From Octopus sinensis (Eukaryota), in the NCBI RefSeq assembly GCF_006345805.1, contig NC_042998.1:165540001-165604000 (forward strand): a DNA stretch of 64,000 nucleotides. The letters are read 5' to 3'. A model generated the notes under the pieces. The model was not told where the DNA came from. It saw only the letters and a list, made by a program, of their open reading frames with translations, and did not search any database. Of this stretch, positions 12,641 to 25,475 are shown piece after piece (position 1 is the stretch's first letter; every line of letters starts with the position of its first letter). A program made the position numbers and the translations under genes.

Positions 12641-12921
12641 AGGCGCAATGGCCCAGTGGTTAGGGCAGTGGACTCGCGGTTGGAGGATCACGGTTTCGAT
12701 TCCCAGACCGGGCGTTGTGAGTGTTTATTGTGCGAAAACACTTAACGTGCCACGAAGCTCCGACAGGAGATGGTGGCGATCCCTGCTGTACTCTTTCGCC
12801 ACAACTTTCTCTCACTCTTTCTTCTGTTGGTCTGCTCGCTTAGCCAGCGGGGTGGCGTTATTTGAAGGTATTGTGACCAGCGATGTGTAGCAACATCTGA
12901 TAGCCTGATCGGTCACGGTGA
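12639..12921 (+). mobile_element. Full-length tRNA-derived SINE (family C)
   Basis: Pol III A box tggcccagtgg (12649-12659) and B box ggtttcgattcc (12692-12703), followed by a non-tRNA body repeated at 120-240. Confidence 0.85.
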
Positions 12922-12934
12922 TATATATATATTA

Positions 12935-12978
<44 letters not shown>

Positions 12979-12989
12979 GGGGTGGGGGA

Positions 12990-13190
12990 GAGGATCCCAC
13001 TACTGCTTGACAACTAGTGTTAGTGTGTTTCAGTCCAGACAATTTAGCGATTCAGTAAAAGAGAGCGATATTATAGGTACCACGCTTAAAATATAAGTAC
13101 TGGTGTCGATTCATTCGACTAAACATTCTTGAAAGCGGTGCCCCAGCATAGCCACAGTCTAATGACTGAAACACGTAAAAGATAAAAGAT
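12990..13190 (+). mobile_element. SINE family B 3' tail
   Basis: ctgcttgacaactagtg...gcggtgccccagcatagccacagtctaatgactgaaacacgtaaaagataaaaga, shared with other tail copies. Confidence 0.7.
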
Positions 13191-13915
13191 AACATTCAAA
13201 AAGAAATTGTTTAGAATAGAATATATGCTATACCTAAAAAGGCGTGGTGCTATGTAGAGACACTGATACTGGTTCGATAACTAATCAGTCGATGTTACTA
13301 GTCAATATCAAGATCTTCTTACCGCTGAAATATGTTTTGCAAGGCTGTATCTAGTACATGAAGTACAATGGATCGGATAACTAGCAAAGAGAACATCTTT
13401 TACATTAAAATATAAAAACTAAGAAAAAAGAATATCATTCAACTACTCTAGGTCTACTTTTCATTTTCTATAATTCGCCGTTTTTATTTTCTCTACTTTA
13501 TCTTTCATTTATCTCCCCTTGTTGCCCTGTCTGCGTACGATCATTTTTTCCATTCGCTTGCCTTATATTTTCATTTATACATAATATTTTCCCAATATTT
13601 TATTGTCCTTCTTTTGAGATCCTCTATATTTTTCCCTGTCTTGTTATTCTTTACTACCTTTCTTTCATTCCCCCTCTCACCCTCTCTTCCTTTCACTCTC
13701 TCTAACTCCCTCTTATCACAATTCCCCATCTCTCACCCAATAATTTATTATTTCATCAATTTTCAGTTGATGTTTCAACACTCAGTACTTCTCGTTCAAT
13801 TCTTCAACTTTCATTCTCATTAGACATCGATTTGTTTCTCCCACCCAATCTCCTATTTCTATTCAGCCTCTGTGATTTCTCTCAGCGATTACTTTCTGTG
13901 TTTAAGTATATATAT

Positions 13916-13958
<43 letters not shown>

Positions 13959-14101
13959 ATATCATATAATATAAATAATATATAAATATATGCATACATA
14001 TATGTACATACCCACATATATATTTATATATACATGCATATATGAGTACAGGACATCAAAAAAACAACGAAAAAAACAGAGAAACGAGGCATACAACATA
14101 A

Positions 14102-14596
14102 AGAATATTCCCCTTCTTCAGTTGTCCCTGTTTCAACTACTCCGCGAATCGAAGACAAGGACAAGACGCTAATCCGGCATTCTTGATCTAATCATTCGTT
14201 CGCCTATCTTACAGAATTGAGAAAGAATCCTAAGTATGAATGTTAATTATCTGTGATGTAGATGTGATATATGCATGTTTAAAAATTAGTTCTAAAATAT
14301 TTTTCTTGCTCTAAGCCAACATATATTCAATTCTTTATATTTGTTCAAGATGTCATCACTAAAACTGTAATAGGTGATAGTGAGGATAGGTTTCCAATGA
14401 GAAACTCCGATTACATTTAAACATATCCAGAGTTATCTCTCTTCCTTGACGACGTGAAAAAGAAAATTAAGCATTATTAGTCATCGAATAATATTATTTT
14501 TCTTTCACTACATCATAGATCATAAATTTAGTTTTTAAATTTTTAAACTATTAGAGGATCACTGTTGTTGGCAACAATGCTTCTGTAGTAGGATTG
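14102..14596 (+). repeat. Direct duplication, copy 2 (partner 6674-7160)
   Basis: See copy 1. Confidence 0.95.
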
Positions 14597-14887
14597 TGTG
14601 TGTGTGCGTGTGAGTATGTTGTGTGTGTGTGTGTGTGTGTGTGGTTCAAGAATAGAATATTTGCGTTATTACTGTCAGCCCAGATTCAATTCCTCCACCG
14701 ATTCAAGTTAATTAGTGCAGTGACATTGATTAACACAATGGACAAACCTGTAGGCTCATGCAACCTACAAAATTATTGTTCGTGACTGAATGAAATATAA
14801 ACAACATGATGGTTGTTAATTTTGACGTCATCACTCATAGAAAGAAGAGCAGCATTAGCTGCAACAACAATTTAAACGTGCAGACGC

Positions 14888-14924
<37 letters not shown>

Positions 14925-15182
14925 GATACACAGATGCACACACACACACATGCATACAAAATGTTGATAGTGACTATCATCGTAAAGAAGCAGAAGAAAA
15001 AGAAGAGATAGAGAAAGAACAACGAGGACAAAAGGAGTCGACAATAACAATAGTAAAAAACGAACAAAAACAATAGAAAACAATATGGCCGACAGCGACA
15101 ACAACAGCAGACAACAGGAACAACCTCATTCTTTATTGAACACTTACTTGATATCTGCCAGGATCTTTTATCCCATTTTTCT

Positions 15183-15261
<79 letters not shown>

Positions 15262-15340
15262 AAACATTGTATAGACGATACAAAAAACATTCAAATAGAC
15301 GATACAAAAAATACGGACGGGTCATTCGAAGCCTCTAATC

Positions 15341-15407
15341 TTCAGTCAAGAACCGGATCATCTTCGCAACAGCCGAAATTGCGAGGATGATCCGGTTCTT
15401 GACTGAA
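15341..15407. repeat. 29-bp inverted repeat, 9-nt loop
   Basis: ttcagtcaagaaccggatcatcttcgcaa cagccgaaa ttgcgaggatgatccggttcttgactgaa; one mismatch (G-U on + strand). Confidence 0.95.
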
Positions 15408-15439
15408 CACATATACACACACACGCACACACAAACACA

Positions 15440-15575
15440 CATGATGGACTTCCACAGTTTCAGCCTTACAAATTCACTGAGAAGGCATTTGGTTTGCCCG
15501 GGGCTATAGTAGAAGACACTTGTCCAAGGTGCAGTAAGATTAAAACTGGAACCTCGTGGTTGCGAAGCGAGCTTC
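15440..15575 (-). mobile_element. SINE family B head/body
   Basis: Reverse complement of family B (gggctatagtagaagacacttgtccaaggtgc...ggaacctcgtggttgcgaagc). Confidence 0.7.
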
Positions 15576-16029
15576 GTATCCCATTAACACACTCACATAC
15601 ACGTATATACATCACTGGGTATATGCGATTGAGTTCTTCTGAGTATGCTGTGTACACATAATGAACTTTATTGTGTATATGTGTTTGTGATTTTATCTGT
15701 CTGTAGTAACACATATAAGAATAGGTTCGTTTAAAAGGTCTGTGTTTGTGTATTCTTAACGATTTAATTACCTGCATGTTGTTGATTAATATAGCTGTAG
15801 TTAAATACACCTGCCGTTTCTTGATGGTTTATGATACCCTATAGAAGTAGTAAGTTATAACTGACTTGGAAAATAATTGGCTTGTAAAATACGTGCTCAT
15901 AACCATACTAACACTTGAATTCCGCATCTGAAATCTCGTTGATACAAAAAAAGTTTTTCTATATTTTTTAACAAACGATGAAATTTTCAAATTCTGTCTC
16001 TCACTATTTGCATTATTTACACTGTAAAG

Positions 16030-16235
16030 AATGGCCAGTAGAATTGCTAGCACGCCGGGTGAAACGCTTAGCGGCATTTCGTCCGCCACTATGTTCTGCG
16101 TTCTAATTCCGACTAGGATGACCTTACCTTTTATCCTTTCGGTGTCGATAAATTAAGTACCGTTGGGTACTGGGGTCGATCTAATCGACTGGCCCCTCCC
16201 CCAAAGTTTCAAGCCTTGTGCTTATAGTAGAAAAG
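16030..16235 (+). mobile_element. SINE family A (central domain resembles the MetaSINE Meta-domain)
   Basis: Shared core cctttcatcctttcggggtcgataaattaagtacc...ggggtcgat in many copies; ends in (ATT)n. Superfamily resemblance is from memory. Confidence 0.8.
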
Positions 16236-16270
<35 letters not shown>

Positions 16271-16278
16271 CATTATTA

Positions 16279-16309
<31 letters not shown>

Positions 16310-16310
16310 C

Positions 16311-16948
16311 TCTGTATCACAGGTTTTCTTGGAGCTCCTGGAGTCTTGCATGCGTAGCGAGCTTACTACCTGCAGCCTACTGTATCATGCTATTCCTTCT
16401 TTTCAGCTATCTTGATTAGTATGGCCGTGTCAAGGAGGCAAACCTTTTGTAAAAGTTCTACTGGGCACTCTATTTCAATTTCCTTTATATTCCTCTTGAT
16501 GTCCTCTGATACTGTTCCCAAGGCCCCATCAATAATTGGCACTGTCTTCACCTTCATTTTCCATAACCGGGCTATTTCGTACTTAAGTGGGTAGTATCTG
16601 TCTATTTTCGCTTTCCTTCTTGACTATTCGTGGGTCAAAGGGGCATGCAACGTCAACTATATAGCATATGTGGTGCACCCTGTCCAACACCAGCAGGTCC
16701 GGTCTGTTATGCTCTAACACCTGATTTGTGTGGATTGGGAAATCCCAGAGAATTTTGCTAGTCTCCAACTCTGCCAGTCTCTGCAGTTTATGCTCATACC
16801 ACGTCTTGCCTCTCTCTAGCTCCCAGTTTCGCACAGTTTCCCATGTAGGACTTTCGCTACCTGGTCGTAGCGGTTTAGGGCATTCATTCGTGATATGGGC
16901 AATGGTTTCATCCACTCTATTGCGGGTGCGGCACGGCAGAGACACTTT
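16311..16948 (-). mobile_element. 3' end of R4/Dong-type non-LTR retrotransposon (restriction-like endonuclease)
   Basis: CR..DETIAHITNEC (CCHC remnant), KILWDFPIHTNQVLEHNRPDLLVLD..CYIVDVACPFDPRIVKKE, KYEIARLWKMKVKTVPIIDGALGTV..LLQKVCLL, then a short 3' UTR and (TAA)n. Confidence 0.88.
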
Positions 16949-16976
16949 ATTATTATTATTAGTAGTAGTAGTAGTG

Positions 16977-17032
<56 letters not shown>

Positions 17033-17043
17033 TGATGTTGTTG

Positions 17044-17075
<32 letters not shown>

Positions 17076-17140
17076 GGTGGTGGTGGTGGTGGTGGTGGTG
17101 GTGGTGGTGGTTGTGGTGATGGTGGTTGTGGTGGTGTTTG
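16949..17140. repeat. Compound trinucleotide (ATT)(AGT)(GTT)(GGT)
   Basis: Direct reading. Confidence 0.95.
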
Positions 17141-17927
17141 CAAGCCTTTCGCTGTGGAAACCTGAAAGCGATATGAATATATCTTGTTATACTCTTCTTA
17201 TACAGTACGCTAAATTCCCAGTTCGAAAAGAAAAACTAGATACAGTTACATCTATTTACATTTACACGGCAAAAAACTTGTAGATTATGCACTTTCAATT
17301 AATCTGAGAATTTCCTATGCACGCCGTTTTGACCATGAATATTCATTAAATATTTAATCACGCCACCGACAAGCGCACAGGTTGCACATTAGACTAATCG
17401 CTAAAGTAAAATTCTACACTGTTTTTGATTTCAGTAGTTATTTACTATCAGTTCTCTTCATAAACAAAGGCGTAAGGGAGTACCTGTTTTCGGATTCATG
17501 GAATAAATTAGGATAATTTCCCATATTTTCGTGCACCTTTCATGTTTTAAACTCTATTTCACTCTATTTTCACTTGTTTGCTTTTTCCAACTATGCTTCC
17601 GTCTATCCCCCCCTCTCTCTCTCTCTCACACCATCTCTTTCTCTTATTTTTATAAGTTTTTATTGAAATCTGCCATATATATTCTTCTACTTGTTTGACT
17701 TCTTTCCCATTTTTACTTTCCATGGAAGCGTAGATATTTCGTTACCGTATGAAATAAATAAGCAACAACTTTCCCCAGATTTCAAAACACCACTGTCCAG
17801 AAATACCAGGGAAAGATATCATAAGCAGCAAGGCACCTGTAGCACACCTGAGCATAATAGTGCACTTGAGCACTGTATACAATACGTTCATCATTATCAT
17901 CATCACCATCATCATTATTATTATGTA

Positions 17928-18143
17928 AGGCGGCGAGCTAGCAGAACCGTTAGCATGCCGGATGTAATGTTTAGCGGTATATCGTCCGCCCTTTCGTTCC
18001 GAGTTGAAATTCCACCGTGGTTGACTTTGCCTTTCATCCTTTCGGGGTCCTTAAATTAAGTACAAGTGAAACAATTGGGTCAATGTGATCGACTAGTTCC
18101 CTCCCCCAAAATTTGAGGCCTTGTGCCTCCTGTAGAAAGGATT
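17928..18143 (+). mobile_element. SINE family A
   Basis: aaggcggcgagctagcagaaccgttagc...gttgactttgcctttcatcctttcggggtcc...gccttgtgcctcctgtagaaaggattatt. Confidence 0.85.
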
Positions 18144-18144
18144 A

Positions 18145-18700
18145 TTGAGTGAGAGAGCAGTGCATATCAGCAAAGTGACACTGGGATACAAATATATGAA
18201 GCCCAATATACCAATCGTGACTACCCGTCTGATAAGGGTACATCAGGCACATGCATCAAGACCATATGTGCGCGACATGGTCATCTCACATCACAATAAA
18301 CAGCGCATGACAATGCAGGTGGGCCCCAGTTAGAATTTTCTTCAAGTCGAGTAGCCCATCCAGCTCAAAAGGTCCCTGAATAAAGTTTATTTAAAGATGA
18401 TGAACAAAACACCTATGTTTCCAGAAATGAATTAGTCAAACCCCAAATAATTCCTTTCAACACATGGTTATGATTCTCCCTTACTAATTCTGCTCATGAT
18501 CAGAGATGCATATATCGTCAGCCGCTAAAGGACATGCTCAACTGGTTATGGTTAAACAACTAACAAGCAGAATATTTGCTGTAGCCCATCTTTTATACCA
18601 AGACAAAACAACGTACATGATAACACTTCCAATCAGTTAAAATTAAAAGTCATGAAAGCCACTGCTTGGTACTACATCAGGGCAAATGTTACTTCATCAG
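18145..18700. repeat. Probable unclassified interspersed repeat
   Basis: Complex, higher-GC block between a SINE and a microsatellite; resembles octopus repeats I recall, with no second copy in the window. Confidence 0.35.
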
Positions 18701-18719
18701 GGCAGCTGGTACTGCAATT

Positions 18720-19027
<308 letters not shown>

Positions 19028-19429
19028 CGTAATAGATATTAACCGAAACATTTATGCGATACAATGATGAGTTTTCACAAAATGTAAGGAACACGAAAAT
19101 ATATAAACAGGCTTTGGAATTTATGACGTATCGACATTGGATTTCGTATATAAGCTCTTTGCTTCTATAATTTCTATAATATATTTGCAATTATCTATAT
19201 TCTTAAAATGATACAAAGAAAAGTAGAATATAGTTCTCGAATCTCATTATCTTTTAGTTCTTATATCATATTAGCAATGCACTCCGGCGTTGCCCTGATG
19301 TTATGACCTACGGCCACATCGCATTATTTGTTCCTTTCTAATAGGCAGAATCGGCACACCAGGAGTATGAAGCAAGCAACTCTTCTTTATAAACATGTTT
19401 TACGGTCATTTTCTGATGAACAATGCTGC

Positions 19430-19565
19430 AGTTGCCATCTACCAAATTCAGTCACAATACTATGGTTGGCCTAGGGCTATAGAAGAAAACACTTGCCCAA
19501 AGTAACATGCAGAGAGACTGAACGTGGGACCATGTGGTTGGGAAACAAACTTTTCAACCACACAA
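19430..19565 (-). mobile_element. SINE family B head/body
   Basis: gggctatagaagaaaacacttgcccaaag...gagactgaacgtgggaccatgtggttgggaaac. Confidence 0.7.
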
Positions 19566-19856
19566 TCATTTTTGTACCTAATATGTGTGTGTGTTTACAC
19601 CTAAAACACGTTTGTACCTAATATGTGTGTGTGTGTTTACATTTGTTGTTAAATCGAGTATTGTGTCCGGCAAAGTTGCCTCCTTTAGCTAAAGACCTCA
19701 AAATTGTGCGCCCCGACCTCGTTTACGAGGTATTTTTGTAGCAAAAGAGTTGTTGGGAAAAAAGCATAATTTATTTGGTAGCCGAAAGATTACTGAATCT
19801 TTAGATACCTTATGCATCAAAATCGGCAACTTAGTTTTCGAATCCATAAGGAACAT

Positions 19857-19905
<49 letters not shown>

Positions 19906-20397
19906 CTGTTTTATATATTAAGATAAATGGTGCAACTTGAATCTTGTTGAAATTATTCATTTGTACACATTAATTTATTCAATATTTATAGCTGATATAT
20001 AAAAACTTACAAATATATAAAATACACACTATACATGTCTATAAAGAAATATAATGAATATATTTATTCATAAGTTCCTGCATACTTACATGTATGTATG
20101 CATCTATGTCTTTATATGAATGCGTTCACAAATTCATACTTACGTCTGTCTATCAATCAACTAATCTATCTATCTATGCATTAATAATAAAAGGGTAAAA
20201 TTTATCAATTAAATTAATTAATTAATTATTAATCAATCAATTAATTAATAATTTTACGTTAAAATAACCTTTATAGGTAAAATTATACAAATATTTTATA
20301 ATTATAAGCATAATTATAATTAGGGTTCAGCTAATTGCTTTACCACATACCGAATTTAGAAATAGGAGTTTAAAATTCCTTTTCTACTACTGTAAGA

Positions 20398-20671
20398 ATC
20401 TCCATGACAGTAACATACTTTTTACGTAGGCAAAGAGAAAAACAATGAATCAACACGACTAGGATTAACTACATTCGCGTGTCGCTCGGTCGTGTGCATA
20501 TTTAACCCTAGCACTTTCAAATTTTATAATTGGAAATACTACACTGAAGAGAGAAGTAAATAAATTTTTAAACACTTTAATCTCGAAACGCGTATGTAGT
20601 TAATCCTGGTGGTGTTGATTCATTGTTTTTCTCTTTGCCTACGTCAAAAAGTATGTTACTGTCACGGAGAT
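20398..20671. repeat. Foldback: ~84-bp inverted arms 20398-20480 and 20588-20671
   Basis: The reverse complement of the right arm differs from the left arm at only a handful of positions. Confidence 0.95.
20538..20600 (+). ncRNA. Minimal type-I hammerhead ribozyme, intact core
   Basis: actaca CTGAAGA gaga ... tctc GAAA cgcg TA^ tgtagt. Stem I 6 bp, stem II 4 bp with G10.1-C11.1, palindromic stem III ACGCGT, predicted cut after 20594. Confidence 0.85.
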
Positions 20672-21005
20672 TTTTTATGTTCTGGGTCCAAGCACCCCGT
20701 TTCACCCTCACGATGTCGATAAAACTGATCAAATACTAGATTAGTTTTCATCGACTTATCTCCTCCCGCCAAATTTCTAGTCTCGTGCTTATGTTAGAAA
20801 TAATTACTTTCGTCTCATTCATTACTGAGAATAACTGCAGGCCACTACAATAGTGGTGGCAGTGCCGTAAAAAAAAACACGCTCTTAACTTATATTGAAA
20901 GGAAACAATATGAAATAAAAGAAATACACTAGTTTTATTTTTTTATTCAAGTTAAACATAAAGACAGAGCTTCAAGCGCATAACACATGAATACAAAGAT
21001 CTTAA

Positions 21006-21221
21006 CCCTTTCGTTACCAACCCGGCTGAAACCGGCTCTGGCTCTAAGTACAAATGTCTTGTTTTCATAAGTTTTGAATTAAAATCTTCCACCAAACCTT
21101 AGAAACAATTTATGTTCCTAACACTGGCTGAATGATAACTTATTTTACTAAATTCTTGGTTATATTTAAAGTAATTGAAAGAAAAACAGAGTATCTCAAA
21201 ATAAATACAATAATGAAAGGG
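21006..21221. mobile_element. piggyBac-like MITE
   Basis: TTAA|CCCTTTCGTTAC left end; degenerate right end aataatgaaaggg with the TTAA lost. Confidence 0.6.
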
Positions 21222-21227
21222 AACATA

Positions 21228-21705
21228 GTAAAGTGGTGGCTTGGCAGAATCGTTAGAACGTTGGATAAAATTACTTGCAGCATGTATTCCAGTTCTTCGA
21301 GCTTCAAGTTCAAATCTGCCTAATGTGATATTTGCTGTTCATCCTACCAGGATGGTAATATATATGTAAAATGCTACTTACGTATTCACGATGATCTCTG
21401 GCCTAGAGTGTGTATTAGCAATTACATATATCAAAGTATAACTTGAGAGAATTTGTCTACTACATCGAACGATCATATAGAGCGCCATTCAAGCAAGAGA
21501 CGTGTGTGAAATTAAGGAGATTAATAAGGAGTATGGTAAAACTTTCTAAGCCTAATAACTCTTAAGTTTTGCTAAGTTCAGAGTGATTAGAAGGTGCGGA
21601 AATGTTAAGAAAACACTATTGCATATAAATGAGCATATTATTAACCTTTCCGCTAGAGATTGACATTCATATTCGGCACCAAGGGCGGAGTAACTGCCTC
21701 TGTAT
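21228..21705 (+). repeat. Inverted duplication, left arm (partner 23764-24247)
   Basis: About 480 bp alignable with the reverse complement of 23764-24247; the outer ~130 bp is an old SINE A; 21635-21695 is identical over 61 bp. Confidence 0.95.
21646..21699 (-). other. Candidate 54-nt exon copy ([19 protein letters not shown])
   Basis: ctctcatatacAG|...gcggaaag|GTtaat; length 3n, only one open frame. Protein not recognised. Confidence 0.35.
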
Positions 21706-21778
21706 ATGAGAGCTTCTCCGTGAGTCTACACGGCGGCGGTTGCACGACGGTATATGCGTATCAACGTTTGTTCGTATG

Positions 21779-21812
<34 letters not shown>

Positions 21813-21919
21813 ATATATATATTGCGTATATGTATACATATATATATATATATATTGTGTATATATATATGTATATATATATATATATGCATACATACAT
21901 ACATATGTGTATATATGTA

Positions 21920-21950
<31 letters not shown>

Positions 21951-22466
21951 CGTATAAATATATGTATATATACATAGATAGATAGATATGTACATACATA
22001 TGTATACATATGTGTTCATATATATATATATACACTGCTGTATGTATGTTTTCAAACGTGTGTGTGTGTGTGTGTTTGTGTGTGTGTGCGTGCGTGTGTG
22101 CGTGTTGTTCGTGTACAAGCAGAAACAGACAGAAGGTGTTCAGTTTTGGTCTAAGTTTTGTTTGTTTTCTCTATTAATCTTTAGTCTTGCGTGATTTTTC
22201 TTTTCTTCTTTTTCTTTGTGAATTTTATAATTTTTGAAGGATTTTCTCTTCTTTTCTTTTCCTTTCTATTACTTCCTCATTACATTGCGCGACGCAGTGA
22301 TATTAATAATCAAAACAAACATCTCTCCACTCTTTTTTCTTTTGCTTCTATCTCTTCTCCTCGCACGCATACATTTATATATACAGATACGTATACACGC
22401 TCACACACACGGAGATATATATACATACACACATAAATATCTACATGTATTTTTCTTCCTCCAACT

Positions 22467-22581
<115 letters not shown>

Positions 22582-22595
22582 ATATATGTATATAT

Positions 22596-22631
<36 letters not shown>

Positions 22632-22677
22632 CATGCATATATGTGTATATATATATATACATACATACACACACACG

Positions 22678-22727
<50 letters not shown>

Positions 22728-22735
22728 ATATATAC

Positions 22736-22784
<49 letters not shown>

Positions 22785-23763
22785 GGCAGATAGGCAGGCA
22801 GACAGACAAAGACAGAGAAAGAGCAAGACTAACAGACAGTCTGAAAGGCAGTGACAAAGCCAGAGAAGTGTGGAGGGAGAGATAAAAAGTGGTATATTAA
22901 CGAAAGAAAACTGCATGCCATACAGGTTGTAGGATTTAAATGTCTGATACAGACTGGCCCCAATTAAAGATTCGTAAATCTAAAAATAGATTAAGTGATC
23001 GTTCGGACACTTAATACTGAGTAATTAGCATCTGGTAATCGGGCGTGCTTTTTGCGTCGGTGAAACTCTATGTAATGCAATCCCAAGTTATGATGTCAAT
23101 ATATACCTTCATACACCATACATACATACATACATACATACATACATACATACATACATACATACATACACACATGCAAACACATACATACATACATACA
23201 TACATACATACATACATACATACATACATACATACATACATACGTACGAGGTAGCTGCCAACTTGTTGACGAGTATGACCATCACTGTCAAATAATCTTA
23301 TCCAAGATGTTAACGACAATGGTTGTCAGCAATGCCTGTGCTAAAATTTAAAGTCAACAACAGCTTGAACAATACTGCTAAGACACTCACTTAGAAAACC
23401 AAGCTGTCCAGAAACAAGCAAGAGCAAGATCTCTGGGTTTGCAATGAGGTGGGTGTTATTTTAGAAGTCCCTTCTCCTAGAGATACGTCTAAAGAAAGAC
23501 TGAGGTGGAGATCCCTCAGCTGCCGGGTTGCCGTTGACTCTACTGAATTCATCCTCCCTCTCCGCCGGGTTCTTTTCTCGTCTTGTAGGTTGACCCTCGA
23601 AAACCTTTCTCCTTGCTAAACAGGTTTTGTAGGGTTGCTAATTTAGATGCCTACGGCCCGACCATGCAGCAGGTTGCACTGGGTTACATTTTACCAGTAG
23701 CACTAAAAGTGACCTGACATACATACATACATACATACATACATACATAAACAAAATTCTTAC

Positions 23764-24247
23764 ATACAGACGAAGTTACTCCGCCCTTGGTGCCGAATAT
23801 GAATGTCAATCTCTAGCGGAAAGGTTAATAATATACTCATTTATATACAATAGTGTTTTCGTAACATTTTAACACCTCCTAATCACTCTGAACTTAGCAA
23901 TTCTCAGCGGTTATTAAGCTTGGGATCTTTTACCCCACTCCTTATTAATCTACTTAAATTCACACACGTCTCTTACTTGAGTGACGTTCTATATAATCGT
24001 TCGAAATAGTAGTTGCAATAGACAAGTTCCCCCAAACTACATCTTGATATATAAATTTCTAACTCTCATACTAGGTCATAATTCGAGTACCTAACTAGTA
24101 TTCTATTAATATATTACGACTCTGGTATGATGAAAAATAAATATCACCTCGTCCGTATTTAAACTTGAAGCGCGAAGACCCGGAGCAAATTCTATGTCAT
24201 GTCATTTTGTCCGATGCTTTAACGATTGTGCTAAGCCACCACTTTAC
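23764..24247 (-). repeat. Inverted duplication, right arm
   Basis: See left arm. Confidence 0.95.
23770..23823 (+). other. Candidate 54-nt exon copy ([19 protein letters not shown])
   Basis: aattcttacatacAG|acgaagttac...gcggaaag|GTtaat; length 3n, only one open frame. Protein not recognised. Confidence 0.4.
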
Positions 24248-25078
24248 CCTGTTTGAATAAATATACTTGATACCAGGGCAAGGTTATAATCTTCGTACTT
24301 CTGTTTTACGTGCCCAGCATCCTAGCATTGCTCCACTCTACTCTTTACAAGATCTAAATAGAATTCGTATGTCTAGGTCATTATCAGTTACGTCTTCTTA
24401 AAAGAGAAGGAAACAAACAACAACGTGGATAATGTACAAAGGGTTGGGATAATCATGACTGAACGTTGCTTAAAAACAGACTTTCTTATTCTGTTGTTGA
24501 TGTTGGTGCTATTTAACCTGATAACATCAAACTATACAGCAGCAAAGCAATAACAACAGCAACACCAATAGCGATAGTAGCGGCAATGATAACAATGGTT
24601 TCTGTTTCTATTCTCATAGCTCTGCTATTCCGGCACTCATTGCATACCCGTCACAGTTGTTGCGTTCAACCTCCCATTCCATGCACTAACCAGTATGACC
24701 AATTATCTTCCTCAAGAACAGCGTCTTCCAGTGTTACCTCTTTCAGGCTCACGTCTTTCTTGCAAGCGTTGACTGGCAAAAGCTCCAACAGAACATTAAG
24801 GACACTAGTCTCACCAATCTCCGAAAGAATGCAATGGCCATGGACTCTGCTCCATCCTCCAGATTTAACGAAAACTAAACATATTTAGGTAAACCTCAAG
24901 ACCGATTGGGAACTAGTATTTACAAGGTCTAATTTCATCTCCAATTTAAAAACGAAATCACTTAGTTTACCAGTGTGTTCATCACTTTCCCATAAAGAAT
25001 TGTGCTCATCTCATTTGATCATCCTACACCCTTGTTAGGATCTTGGGAATTTGAATGTGATTTGACATCAGATATATT

Positions 25079-25475
25079 CTTTTCTATTCTAGGCTCAAGG
25101 CCCGAAATTTTGGGAGAGAGGGACAGTCGATTAGATCGACCCTAGTACGCAACTGGGGCTTAATTTATCGACCCCGAAAGGATGAAAGGCAAAATCGACC
25201 TCAGCGGAATTTGAACTCAGAAAGTAAAGACAAACGAAATACCTATTTCTTTACTACCCACAAGGGGCTAAGCACAGAGAGGACAAACAAGGACAGACAA
25301 ACGGATTAAGTCGATTACATCGACCCCAGTGCGTAACTGGTACTTACTTTATCGACCCCGAATGGATGAAAGGCAAAATCGACCTCGGCGGAATTTGAAC
25401 TCAGAATGTAACGGCAGACGAAATACCGCTAAGCATTTCACCCGGCGGGTTAACGTTTCTGCCAGCTTCCCGCCT
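25079..25475 (-). mobile_element. Dimeric SINE family A insertion with 18-bp TSD
   Basis: TSD tttgacatcagatatatt at 25061-25078 and 25476-25493; two SINE A cores inside. Confidence 0.92.

Noticed and set aside
12639-12715. tRNA-like sequence with A and B boxes
   Set aside because: It continues into a SINE body that is repeated elsewhere in the window, so it is a SINE head and not a tRNA gene.
24660-25040. Higher-GC, coding-looking patch
   Set aside because: All six frames have stops or lack a recognisable motif. It may be an old LINE fragment but cannot be supported.
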